A stretch of DNA of 27,832 nucleotides from positions 1 through 27,832 of IMG/VR virus record IMGVR_UViG_3300033076_000149. One strand, given 5' to 3'. Below the pieces are notes generated by a model that was given only the letters and a program-made list of their open reading frames with translations, searched no databases and was not told the DNA's origin. Each line of letters starts with the position of its first letter. The stretch's first letter is position 1. This DNA comes from a virus. Lineage: Duplodnaviria; Caudoviricetes. A program made the position numbers and the translations under genes. Shown piece after piece: positions 1 to 7,924 of the stretch.

Positions 1-246
1 AAATGTGAGCCACGCAAAGAGCGTGTAATCCGTAAAGAAGGCGAATTAACCGATGGTCAAAAACGTATATTAAAGATTGTTATGGGTGGAGGCGAACATA
101 CTGGCGTAAGCGTTTCTAAAAAAACATCATGGACAACCAATCATTGTTCATTGACTTTATGCGCTCTTTTTAAGTTTGGTAAAATTAGCCGCAAGAAAGT
201 AACTGTAAAGCAAACAAGAGTTTACGTTTATTATAGGAAACAATGA
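1..246 (+). CDS. 5'-truncated hypothetical protein, possibly winged-helix DNA-binding
   Basis: Frame 1 is open from base 1 to TGA at 244-246 (KCEPRKERVIRKEGELTDGQKRILKIV...LFKFGKISRKKVTVKQTRVYVYYRKQ). The LT-x-x-Q-x-x-IL start and basic G-x-I-x-R...Y-x-Y end resemble wHTH domains. Confidence 0.6.
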   Translation, partial: KCEPRKERVIRKEGELTDGQKRILKIVMGGGEHTGVSVSKKTSWTTNHCSLTLCALFKFGKISRKKVTVKQTRVYVYYRKQ

Positions 247-350
247 TTATGTCTAGTGAATTTACGCGCCAGTTCTGGAGTAAACTTCAGCATTGGCGCT
301 TGATGAAAATGATTGAGCATTGGAAAAAAGCAATTTACTGGTGGAAGTAA
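243..350 (+). CDS. 35-aa Trp/Lys-rich small protein (not in ORF track)
   Basis: ATG 243 to TAA 350, MIMSSEFTRQFWSKLQHWRLMKMIEHWKKAIYWWK. ATGA overlap with the upstream stop and TAATG overlap with the downstream start. Confidence 0.55.
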   Translation: MIMSSEFTRQFWSKLQHWRLMKMIEHWKKAIYWWK

Positions 351-556
351 TGATTACAAGAAAAGACATTAAACAACTAATAACAGAACAAAGTTTGATG
401 CAGCAAGAAGTTGATTCCAGGCACATGAAACTGATTAACAAAATCTACCAGCAAGGCATTGCAGAAGGTAAAGCACAAGCAAAACGTGCTATTCAATGGC
501 GTTTGAATGGTGATCTATGGGCATCGTTTATTGATAAGGATGAATATGCCAGTTGA
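350..556 (+). CDS. hypothetical protein
   Basis: ORF track 320..556; the ATG at 350 (TAATG coupling, MITRKDIKQ...) is the more likely start. Confidence 0.6.
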   Translation: MITRKDIKQLITEQSLMQQEVDSRHMKLINKIYQQGIAEGKAQAKRAIQWRLNGDLWASFIDKDEYAS

Positions 557-818
557 AGATCACGAAGTACATGAGAAAGTAAAAAAAGCCGCTGGATGGA
601 AGTATGGTTGCAACTCAACCAATGAACGGTCTGATGGTTACTATGCGCCAGATAGAGTTTACAAACCTGACGGCACGTTCTACATCATTCAGTCCTACAT
701 TAAAAACGCCATGAGTAAAAAATGTCGCAGCTTTTATCTATGGTCATCTGATTCTGGTTGCTCTGATTGTAAGCGTGAGAAAGATCAGGAATACGCTGAC
801 CGGATGTCTGCTTTATGA
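546..818 (+). CDS. hypothetical Cys-containing protein
   Basis: ORF track 507..818; AAGGA lies 5 nt before the ATG at 546 (MPVEDHEVH...). Four Cys including C-terminal CSDC, possibly metal binding. Confidence 0.65.
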   Translation: MPVEDHEVHEKVKKAAGWKYGCNSTNERSDGYYAPDRVYKPDGTFYIIQSYIKNAMSKKCRSFYLWSSDSGCSDCKREKDQEYADRMSAL

Positions 819-822
819 TTAT

Positions 823-840
823 TCTCCGCATTTGCGGAGA
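823..840. terminator. hairpin between convergent genes, possible bidirectional terminator
   Basis: TCTCCGC-ATTT-GCGGAGA inverted repeat filling the gap between the + stop (818) and - stop (841). U-tracts are weak. Confidence 0.55.
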
Positions 841-1062
841 TTAGAACCTACCTTTGTGCCGCCGCATGGCTTCTTGCTCTAATTCATGGTCATCGCGGCA
901 CTCTGGGCTACAGTAAACCCTAGTCATATCATCAAGACGTTCATTGCAATAAGCGCAGTAACCAGTTGCCTTTGATTGCTTAACGTGACGGGCTTTGCTA
1001 ATTAAGTATTCACGTTCTGCATTTTCAAGTTCAGCAGCGTTATCAAGAATGTCGGCGCTCAT
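841..1062 (-). CDS. TraR/DksA-like C4 zinc-finger protein
   Basis: 73 aa; N-terminal DILDNA (DxxDxA) helix, then CAYC...CSPEC. Confidence 0.7.
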   Translation of the reverse strand: MSADILDNAAELENAEREYLISKARHVKQSKATGYCAYCNERLDDMTRVYCSPECRDDHELEQEAMRRHKGRF

Positions 1063-1490
1063 TTATTTACCTGTTGTTGATCTTTAATCCAAGACTGCAA
1101 TGAATCTAGTTGGCCCGTAGTCTGGGCGCATTGTTCTGCCAATTCTGGGGCAACAGAAAGATAGTGGGTGACGGTTGCATCAGGGCTTCCGGTGGTGTCG
1201 GAAACGGCGGGCAAGTTGACGCTACTTTGGTAGCGCAGCCGCTTATAAGTATTGCGGATAGAAGCCAAATCTTTAGCATATTGTTCTTCTGCCTTTCTAG
1301 TAATCAATTGCTGCTGGCTGATTGTCTGTTTTGTCTTTACTTCTTGCGCCAGACCAGCGGCAACAACTTCTGCTTTATAAGCATCAAAACGGTTTGCTTC
1401 AACATAATAAAGAAGCCAACCACCAAAAATGAAAGCAACACCAGCAAAAATAATGCCCACCCGATACAGAATCGGCAAAGTTGCAAACAT
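1059..1490 (-). CDS. Rz: Rz-like inner-membrane spanin (i-spanin)
   Basis: Follows the endolysin; one N-terminal TM segment (VGIIFAGVAFIFGGWLLYYV) then a helical region, with a lipoprotein ORF embedded in another frame. Start ATG 1490 (AGGTG upstream) or GTG 1502. Confidence 0.85.
   Translation of the reverse strand: MFATLPILYRVGIIFAGVAFIFGGWLLYYVEANRFDAYKAEVVAAGLAQEVKTKQTISQQQLITRKAEEQYAKDLASIRNTYKRLRYQSSVNLPAVSDTTGSPDATVTHYLSVAPELAEQCAQTTGQLDSLQSWIKDQQQVNK
1106..1279 (-). CDS. Rz1: Rz1-like outer-membrane lipoprotein spanin (o-spanin) embedded in Rz
   Basis: Hand translation, 57 aa: MLKIWLLSAILISGCATKVASTCPPFPTPPEALMQPSPTIFLLPQNWQNNAPRLRAN. Signal peptide, lipobox ISG-C and Pro-rich mature part. 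Confidence 0.88.
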   Translation of the reverse strand: MLKIWLLSAILISGCATKVASTCPPFPTPPEALMQPSPTIFLLPQNWQNNAPRLRAN

Positions 1491-1491
1491 A

Positions 1492-1956
1492 TCAAGACTC
1501 ACCTATACACAGTTTATATTCAGCCTCGCGGCGTTTAGTTAATCCTGGTAATACTACACCATTTGACTTATTCCAGCGCGTTAATTCTTTACAGGCATCA
1601 TCATATCGCCCCATTGCTAGGTAACGTGAAGCCTGACTATTACAAGCTACTTTTGGCCCGATGTTGTAAACGGCATCCGCAAAGGCAATGAGTACATTAT
1701 CAGGCAGACCTGGATGGCAACGCTCGACAGCATCAACGGCTTCTCGCATATCTGATTCCAGACGTTGTTTACATTCTTCCAAGCTGTATTTCTTGCCTTT
1801 TTGCACCTGTGTCGTGCTACCGTAGCAAACAGTAAGGATTGGATTTCCTGGTCGCGGATCATAGTAGGCATATTGACGCAGTCCTTCAAAGCCAGCGGCT
1901 AAACTGGCAGCAGCAGCCAATATTGCCGAATATCGTTTAACGTCCCTAGATTCCAC
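1492..1956 (-). CDS. endolysin, GH24 lysozyme with probable SAR domain
   Basis: FEG...YYD...TVCYGST catalytic E/D/T pattern, YNIG and LPGLTKRREAE motifs; N-terminal KRYSAILAAAASLAAG weakly hydrophobic anchor. Likely GTG start at 1956 (track gives 1980). Confidence 0.93.
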   Translation of the reverse strand: MESRDVKRYSAILAAAASLAAGFEGLRQYAYYDPRPGNPILTVCYGSTTQVQKGKKYSLEECKQRLESDMREAVDAVERCHPGLPDNVLIAFADAVYNIGPKVACNSQASRYLAMGRYDDACKELTRWNKSNGVVLPGLTKRREAEYKLCIGES

Positions 1957-2152
1957 GTTGCGCCACCAGCCTTGCAACAAACGCTGCGCCCACCGTTAAT
2001 GGCAGCGCAATACGGAAAATCATTGGGTCAATCGCCACTTCAAACAATGGCAAGCCAGCTTCAACGACAGACAAAATGCCAGCCAAAATGATAAAACGCA
2101 GACTCCATGATCTGCGTGCTATCTCTTTCCAATTTGGATACAGTTGCATCAA
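1946..2152 (-). CDS. putative holin (two TM segments)
   Basis: 68 aa with two hydrophobic stretches (FIILAGILSVV; IALPLTVGAAFVA), immediately upstream of and overlapping the endolysin. Confidence 0.75.
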   Translation of the reverse strand: MMQLYPNWKEIARRSWSLRFIILAGILSVVEAGLPLFEVAIDPMIFRIALPLTVGAAFVARLVAQRGI

Positions 2153-2391
2153 TCTTTTAGCTTATGAATTAAGCCGTACCAGATCGAACCGGCTACACCA
2201 GCAAACACTACAGCAATAAAAGCCATGAATCCGTGAGAAGCATATTTCCGCATTGCTTTGCCAAAACGCAAATCTTCTCGGAACTCCTCAACGGATTCTG
2301 GCTTATCCACATCAACGCCCAAAATTGCAAACGTCTTTTTTACTGCCTTATCAACTGCTGCTTCAATAAGTTGGTCATTGTGTGGTTGCAT
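2149..2391 (-). CDS. membrane protein of lysis cassette (holin/antiholin-like)
   Basis: 80 aa; soluble N-terminus and one C-terminal TM (FMAFIAVVFAGVAGSIWYGLI); ATGA-coupled to the holin. Confidence 0.6.
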   Translation of the reverse strand: MQPHNDQLIEAAVDKAVKKTFAILGVDVDKPESVEEFREDLRFGKAMRKYASHGFMAFIAVVFAGVAGSIWYGLIHKLKD

Positions 2392-2447
2392 AATTGATCC
2401 ATCGTCAATATAAATTGTTAGTTTATTCTTGTCGTATGGTCAATCGC

Positions 2448-2456
2448 ATTATATCA
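2448..2456 (-). promoter_or_regulatory. candidate extended -10 promoter (TGnTATAAT) upstream of lysis genes
   Basis: Minus strand reads TGA-TATAAT, overlapping the upstream stop codon, at the start of a 62-bp intergenic gap. Confidence 0.45.
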
Positions 2457-2948
2457 AACAGTTTCCCAAACCTCATCTGGTTTTATAGGCCATTCATTAA
2501 CTGTTACTGGTGGATTAACTGCAATTTGACGCAATGTACTACGATACGCCAGGAAATCTTGACGGTTTGCTAGGTAAGGATTTGACTCTGCCGGATCAGC
2601 AACGCTGGCGATAGCCGTCCAGTCCGTAGCAGACAATAGGCTAGATGCTTGGGCTTTGTTAGCTTGTTTAGCCGCTTCTTCACGTTGTGCCAGTTCTTCT
2701 GGTGTTAGTGGCTCAACTGCAACCGTGTAAACCCAATGGGTAGCATCATCAGCTTGAATGTAAGGCGCTACAGAAACTAACTTTTCTGTATTTTGGTCAT
2801 AAGGCAAAAATGCATTAACAAACATACAGCTATTCTCAACCATCCATTCATCTGTTGGCCCGTTAGTTGGAAAAGATGTGTTTGGAAACATAGCCGTATA
2901 GTCAGCAATTTCCATTACGATTTGTTCTTGTACTTTAGCGATTAGCAT
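2454..2948 (-). CDS. putative tail fibre assembly chaperone
   Basis: Follows the receptor-binding gene; C-terminal LLSATDWT...YRSTLRQI...WPIKP pattern typical of phage fibre chaperones. Confidence 0.7.
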   Translation of the reverse strand: MLIAKVQEQIVMEIADYTAMFPNTSFPTNGPTDEWMVENSCMFVNAFLPYDQNTEKLVSVAPYIQADDATHWVYTVAVEPLTPEELAQREEAAKQANKAQASSLLSATDWTAIASVADPAESNPYLANRQDFLAYRSTLRQIAVNPPVTVNEWPIKPDEVWETV

Positions 2949-2957
2949 AAATGCTCC

Positions 2958-4898
2958 TTAATAAACTGGTAGGGCCGAAGTCGGCGGCGTGAAGTTAGCG
3001 GTGTAACGGGCGTAGCCTTTGGTGATGCGAAGGTCGTCTATGTAGCCGTAATATGGTTGAGAACCGTTATATCCAATGTATCCAATCTTGTTGCTTCCTA
3101 AATCAGCAGTCCAAGATGCCGACCCAATTTGGGTTCCGTTCAGATACATCTTCACGGTTCCAGACTGGCGAACAACAGCTAGATGCTGCCAAGTGTTGAT
3201 TGTGAAGTTGCTGGAACCTGTGATGATATAACCACCGTCATAAACCATTGGTGTCCCCGAAGAACCAGAAGTCATGCCGATATAGACATAATGACCGTTG
3301 CCATCATCAGATGAAAAGATACATTGGAATCCAGTAAGATTCGTTGGATACACCCACGCTTCCCAAGTAAAATCACCTGTACCAAATCCAAATGAATTGC
3401 TTTTTGCAGCGGTTAAACCTGATGCACTTCCATTGAAATAAATTGACCCCGTACCATACTTTTTCACGCTGGTGCTGACCTGTGCATTACCAACCGTTTC
3501 TAGGTCGTTCATCATGGCAGCGTCAGGGATGCCAGCGTTGGTGAAGTTGCAGAGTAGGGATGTGTTGGTGATGGCTGTTAGGGGTGCTGTTGGTGGGGTG
3601 AAGTTTGATGTATAGACTGCTGTGCCTTTGACTATACGCACATTTGACATATAACCATTAAACGGAAAATTACCATCAGCCCTGCCACCAATCCCAAGTG
3701 TTGTAGCTGTTACAAAAGATCCTGAAATAGAAGTAGGCGCGTACCCAGTACCATTTATATATGTCGTAAATGTGTTTCCATTTCTAACATACGCTATGTG
3801 ATACCAAGTGTTTGTTGATAGCGTAACACCTGTATCTGGTATCAATAAGCCATTGCCAGTTGTATTAACAACACACATGACTTTACCGTATGATAAATAA
3901 GGTGCGTAGCTATATGTGTTTGAAGCATCTGTTGCAGAAATTGGTAGTGTTTCCACAGGAAAAGATGCAGCGTTCATCCAAAATTCAATGGTGAAATTAT
4001 CAGAAGAAAGATTAAGCGCTGTATTTGCCGCCGTACTTAAATAATCCCCACTACCATCAAAGTACCCACTACCACCAATCGTGCTTGCCGAGTAAGGTGC
4101 TGTAGGATTAAATGGGCTAAAGCGCTGCACAGACGGCGAACCATTAACAGTCAGCGTGAAGTTGTTGCTGCTGTTGTCAATGAAGCGGTTTGACTGACAG
4201 GTGAGTAGTGATGTGCCAGATACTGCGGTTAGCGGGGTGGTACTTGGGGTGAAAGTAGTCGTATAAAGCTGTGTTCCTTTTACAACGCGCAGATTTGAAA
4301 TATACCCTGGAAAATACTGGCCGCTTCCTGCGTAACCGACATAAACTGAACTTGCGCCAGATCCGGGGGTCGCACTAGAAACCGTTGAATCTAATGTTCC
4401 ATTTACAAACAATTTTACATTTGTTCCATCAGAACTTACGGCAACATGAGTCCATTGCCCTTTTGGAATTGTTGCTGTTGTTGTATAAACAGTTGAACCA
4501 ACCCACCAATATAACAAGTTGTTGGACAAACCCATTTCCCAAACCGCAGCACGTTTTGAAATCATGGTTTGATAGCCAGATAAAGAAGAATTATTGACCC
4601 ATGCTTCAATAGTAAAAGCACCGGTATTTAAGTTAAAAGCTGCGTTATCCGAAATGCTAAATGCAGCACTACTTCCGTCAAAGTAGTTGCTCCACAACGA
4701 ACCATAAGGACTAAACGTGCCTTGCGTGGTGTTGCCGTTGCGGGTGATGGTGAAGTTGTTGGTGCTGGAGTCTAGGAACGTATTGTTCTGTGCGCCGTTT
4801 GTGCCATCTCCTGTGAGGAGCAGGGATACATCGTAGAAGTAAGGATCGGCAGCGCCTCCGACACCGGCAGCAGCACTCAATAAGTCACGAACCGGCAT
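2958..4898 (-). CDS. LamG/concanavalin A-like lectin domain protein (three domains), putative receptor-binding protein
   Basis: Three repeats of YFDG...FT(I/W)E(A/F)W...W(T/Y/Q)H(V/I/L)A...NG...GYI(S/D)(N/D)LR(V/I)xKG...YT..FTP. Confidence 0.88.
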   Translation of the reverse strand: MPVRDLLSAAAGVGGAADPYFYDVSLLLTGDGTNGAQNNTFLDSSTNNFTITRNGNTTQGTFSPYGSLWSNYFDGSSAAFSISDNAAFNLNTGAFTIEAWVNNSSLSGYQTMISKRAAVWEMGLSNNLLYWWVGSTVYTTTATIPKGQWTHVAVSSDGTNVKLFVNGTLDSTVSSATPGSGASSVYVGYAGSGQYFPGYISNLRVVKGTQLYTTTFTPSTTPLTAVSGTSLLTCQSNRFIDNSSNNFTLTVNGSPSVQRFSPFNPTAPYSASTIGGSGYFDGSGDYLSTAANTALNLSSDNFTIEFWMNAASFPVETLPISATDASNTYSYAPYLSYGKVMCVVNTTGNGLLIPDTGVTLSTNTWYHIAYVRNGNTFTTYINGTGYAPTSISGSFVTATTLGIGGRADGNFPFNGYMSNVRIVKGTAVYTSNFTPPTAPLTAITNTSLLCNFTNAGIPDAAMMNDLETVGNAQVSTSVKKYGTGSIYFNGSASGLTAAKSNSFGFGTGDFTWEAWVYPTNLTGFQCIFSSDDGNGHYVYIGMTSGSSGTPMVYDGGYIITGSSNFTINTWQHLAVVRQSGTVKMYLNGTQIGSASWTADLGSNKIGYIGYNGSQPYYGYIDDLRITKGYARYTANFTPPTSALPVY

Positions 4899-4899
4899 A

Positions 4900-5352
4900 T
4901 TAGGCCATTGCCTTTCCTAAAACAAAACCATTCCAAGTTGTTCCGCCATCTTCTGTAAAGAAGCCAAGCACATCACGACCAGAAGCCGTCAGCGTTGGTG
5001 CAGTACCGCCAGCCCATTTAACGCCTGTCCACCAGTTTACAGTTGCAGAACCGCCATTGGTTAGGTCAAGAATAAATGAGTTGACCGTGCCACTAGAGGC
5101 CGTGTTGCTGATGGTAAAAGTAGTTGTTCCACTAATGGTCTTGGTAAAGTAGTTACCAAGCGTTAGATCAATAGCTGATGCTGCAATTGCTACTTGTGTT
5201 TCTTTTGCGCCGGTCATGGTGCTAGTTGTAATGGTGCTGCTAACAACAGAAGAACCAGAAGGAATGGTAACGGTATCGCCTGAAGCTAGTTCACCAAGAG
5301 AAGTAACGTCTGAACCTGTATAGATTGATTTAACAAGATTAACTGCTGCCAT
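4900..5352 (-). CDS. virion fibre/adaptor protein
   Basis: 150 aa, Thr/Ser/Gly-rich; IDLTLGNYF...WAGGTAPTLTASGRDVLGF..DGGTTW beta-rich domain of the kind seen in phage fibre clusters. Confidence 0.65.
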   Translation of the reverse strand: MAAVNLVKSIYTGSDVTSLGELASGDTVTIPSGSSVVSSTITTSTMTGAKETQVAIAASAIDLTLGNYFTKTISGTTTFTISNTASSGTVNSFILDLTNGGSATVNWWTGVKWAGGTAPTLTASGRDVLGFFTEDGGTTWNGFVLGKAMA

Positions 5353-5362
5353 GATGATTCCC

Positions 5363-6463
5363 TTAAGTTGTCAAAGCGATATTTTTAGATGCGCCAGCAT
5401 TATTGTAAAACGGCAAATAGTTTCCGGTTAGGATTCCAATTGGGTCGGATGCGCCGCTTGCTTTGAAAAATGGAAACGTAGCTGCTAGCGGGGTTACTGT
5501 GTTTGTAATAGTAACCGAACCTGCGCCATTAGTAATAGTAATTCCAGAGCCAGCAGTTAAGTTTGCGTTTTTCCAGTAGCCAGCGGTTGCATCATAGAGC
5601 AATGTGTTGCCAGATGTCGGGCTTGTAATCTGCACGTTATCATCTGTGCCGCCAAGACTTGATCCGGCGTTAAGCAATACTTGGAACGAACCAGAGCCAC
5701 CAGAACCAGCATTAATGACAGTACCGATTTGGCATTTGATTCCAGGAGCCGATGGCTTTGTTTTGGTCAAACCACCAGTAGTCGGGTTATACCAGATGTC
5801 ATCGCCGTCTGCCCATGTTTCGCCATAGGTTGAGCCGGTTGTATTAATCCCGTGAACAATGCCGAAGTTTGTGACTCGTCCAAATCCGTTGGCAGCAATA
5901 TCTTCTGTGCCAACGCCGATAATCGAACCGCCATCTGTAATGCCAGATACAGTTGGAGCAAACGTAATAACGCCAGACGCGCCAACTGTTCCAGTTTTAT
6001 AAATAGCTTGAAGAATTGTCTCGCCGGAGATGGCTGAAGATGCTTTGCCATATACCAATATTTCTTCACCAATTTGCTGTGTGATAGCATTTTGTTGAAG
6101 ATTCAGCGTATCAGTTGTTGCGTCAAACCAGATCGTTCCTGGAGTTGGCGCGGAAGGAACATCGCCGGAAAGCTGAATTGATCGCGGGTCAATGACGTTG
6201 TCGTTGTCGTCAATAATCACGCCGCTGTTTTGAATTAGCTTGCCAGTTGTGCCGTCATAACGTGCAATTGCATTGTCTGTAGCCGATGATGGCCCAATAA
6301 CTGCTGCATCGCTACCGCCAACAGGAATTACAGTTCCTGCTGCATTTTTGCTGTACAACATTGCATCAGCAAGATTTACAGCAATTTCACCGATTTCCAA
6401 GTCTGTAGCCAGCGGAACTTTGCCAGCCACAGAACTTTTTTTCAAAATAATTTTGTTTGCCAT
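5363..6463 (-). CDS. fibre protein with Mtd-N-like N-terminal domain
   Basis: MANKIILKKS...P...L..GEIAVNLAD..LY N-terminus; TDNAIARYDGTTGKLIQNS and GNTLLYD...WKN fibre motifs; SD AAGGA. Confidence 0.7.
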   Translation of the reverse strand: MANKIILKKSSVAGKVPLATDLEIGEIAVNLADAMLYSKNAAGTVIPVGGSDAAVIGPSSATDNAIARYDGTTGKLIQNSGVIIDDNDNVIDPRSIQLSGDVPSAPTPGTIWFDATTDTLNLQQNAITQQIGEEILVYGKASSAISGETILQAIYKTGTVGASGVITFAPTVSGITDGGSIIGVGTEDIAANGFGRVTNFGIVHGINTTGSTYGETWADGDDIWYNPTTGGLTKTKPSAPGIKCQIGTVINAGSGGSGSFQVLLNAGSSLGGTDDNVQITSPTSGNTLLYDATAGYWKNANLTAGSGITITNGAGSVTITNTVTPLAATFPFFKASGASDPIGILTGNYLPFYNNAGASKNIALTT

Positions 6464-6500
6464 TGGGCAATCCTTTTAAGCTATGGAGCAGGAGTATAAA

Positions 6501-7601
6501 TTAAAATGTACCGCCGTCCACATTAATATCATAAGTTGCCGCAGCAGTAAGTTGACCCTGGGCGTTTACGGTGAATGTTGTAGTTTGCTGACCGTTTGTA
6601 TTTCCATACGATGCAGCGGTTACAGCGGTATTTGTAATACTAAATTGATTGCCGGAAAGCGTAAGACCTGTGCCAGCAGTATAGCTAGATGCTGCGCCAA
6701 ATTGAACCCATGTTACCGGAGTTGTTCCAATAGTACCACCAGCATCAACAGTACAAACCCACGAAGTATCTGCTTGCGTTGAGCCAGACTCAATAAAAGT
6801 AAATGCGCTAACAAGTTCTGCCCATGTATCAGCATCAGTTGATCGAGTCCATGCGCTAGCGGAAGCAACATAAATGCCGTTTTCTGCTTGTGCAGTTTGG
6901 TTTTTAACCAATACACGATCACCGGCAGCAACAGTAACGCCATCAATGGTCAGCAGACCGGAAAGCGTTGTAATGTTTGCCGTTGATGCAACCAAGCAAG
7001 ATGCTTTTGGATCAAGACCTTGTGCGATGTTATCAACATAGTTTTTGGTTGCAGCATCTTGTGCGCTTACTGGATCAAGCAAATTGGTTAGCAGTTGCGA
7101 ACCCATGCTAAACGAACCAGTTGGCGAAGAAAGATCGGATAGCGATGCTTGTGAGCCAGCAGTTGCCAGGCCTTTTGCATTAATCGTAATCTTTGTATAT
7201 GTTCCAACATTACTATTAACAGTAGCCAAAGTACCTGCTGCTGTTACATTGCCAGTACCGTCAAAAGATGGGCTGGTATATGCCAGATCGCCGGTAATCG
7301 AAATTGTGCGTCCGGTAGCCAATGCGGTAGCAGTACCAGCATTGCCACTTACAGAGCCGGTGATGGTATTGCTAAATGTTTTATTGCCACCAACGGTTTG
7401 ATCTGTTGATGTATCAACAAATGCACCATTACCAGCAATAGGAATAATAGCTGTAGCAGAACCGCCCACGCCGCCCGTGCCAGTACCGTAATACAGAATA
7501 TTTGTTTGTTCGTTGAAAGCTAATTCAGCATTAGCAAGAGTTGTTGGTGCGCCAGAACCGCCGCCATTTGCGCGGCGTTTAATGCGAATAGTATTGCTCA
7601 T
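6501..7601 (-). CDS. fibre protein with Mtd-N-like N-terminus
   Basis: MSNTIRIKRR...P..L..AELAFN...LYYG; GTYTKITINAKG repeat, DAATKNYVD neck motif, IDGV....GDRVLVKNQ...ENGIY domain; ends VDGGTF. ATG 7601 with GGAG SD. Confidence 0.75.
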   Translation of the reverse strand: MSNTIRIKRRANGGGSGAPTTLANAELAFNEQTNILYYGTGTGGVGGSATAIIPIAGNGAFVDTSTDQTVGGNKTFSNTITGSVSGNAGTATALATGRTISITGDLAYTSPSFDGTGNVTAAGTLATVNSNVGTYTKITINAKGLATAGSQASLSDLSSPTGSFSMGSQLLTNLLDPVSAQDAATKNYVDNIAQGLDPKASCLVASTANITTLSGLLTIDGVTVAAGDRVLVKNQTAQAENGIYVASASAWTRSTDADTWAELVSAFTFIESGSTQADTSWVCTVDAGGTIGTTPVTWVQFGAASSYTAGTGLTLSGNQFSITNTAVTAASYGNTNGQQTTTFTVNAQGQLTAAATYDINVDGGTF

Positions 7602-7616
7602 GGTCAAATCTCCAAG

Positions 7617-7922
7617 TTAAAAGTTGCCGCCATCGGCGATTTCAAGTTGAGGGATATTGACCCACTCGTTTGATAAAAACATCAGCGCATCGTAATTTTG
7701 AGCGCCCGTTATAGATACTGGGTAGCCGCCAATAGTGGAAGCGCCAGACGGCCCTGGAGGGCCTACTGGCCCAACAAGACCTCTGTTAATTGTGACTTGC
7801 TGTGTTGGTTGCGGAGTTACTTGGACATTAATGGAAGCATTTTTGCCAACTGTAACTTCTGTATTGTTTACAGCAACCGTTACATCATTAGCCACGCCCT
7901 TTGAGATTGAGAGCGTTGCCAT
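7617..7922 (-). CDS. small virion protein with short collagen-like stretch
   Basis: 101 aa; GLV-GPV-GPP-GPS-GAS triplets; ends IADGGNF. Confidence 0.7.
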   Translation of the reverse strand: MATLSISKGVANDVTVAVNNTEVTVGKNASINVQVTPQPTQQVTINRGLVGPVGPPGPSGASTIGGYPVSITGAQNYDALMFLSNEWVNIPQLEIADGGNF

Positions 7923-7924
7923 GA

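Noticed and set aside
1110-1538. 142-aa plus-strand ORF opposite Rz/Rz1
   Set aside because: Antisense to an already dual-coded region; no motif support.
2147-2152. Holin Met-Met start as a dual-start holin/antiholin motif
   Set aside because: No charged residue between the two Met codons; the first ATG is explained by ATGA coupling.
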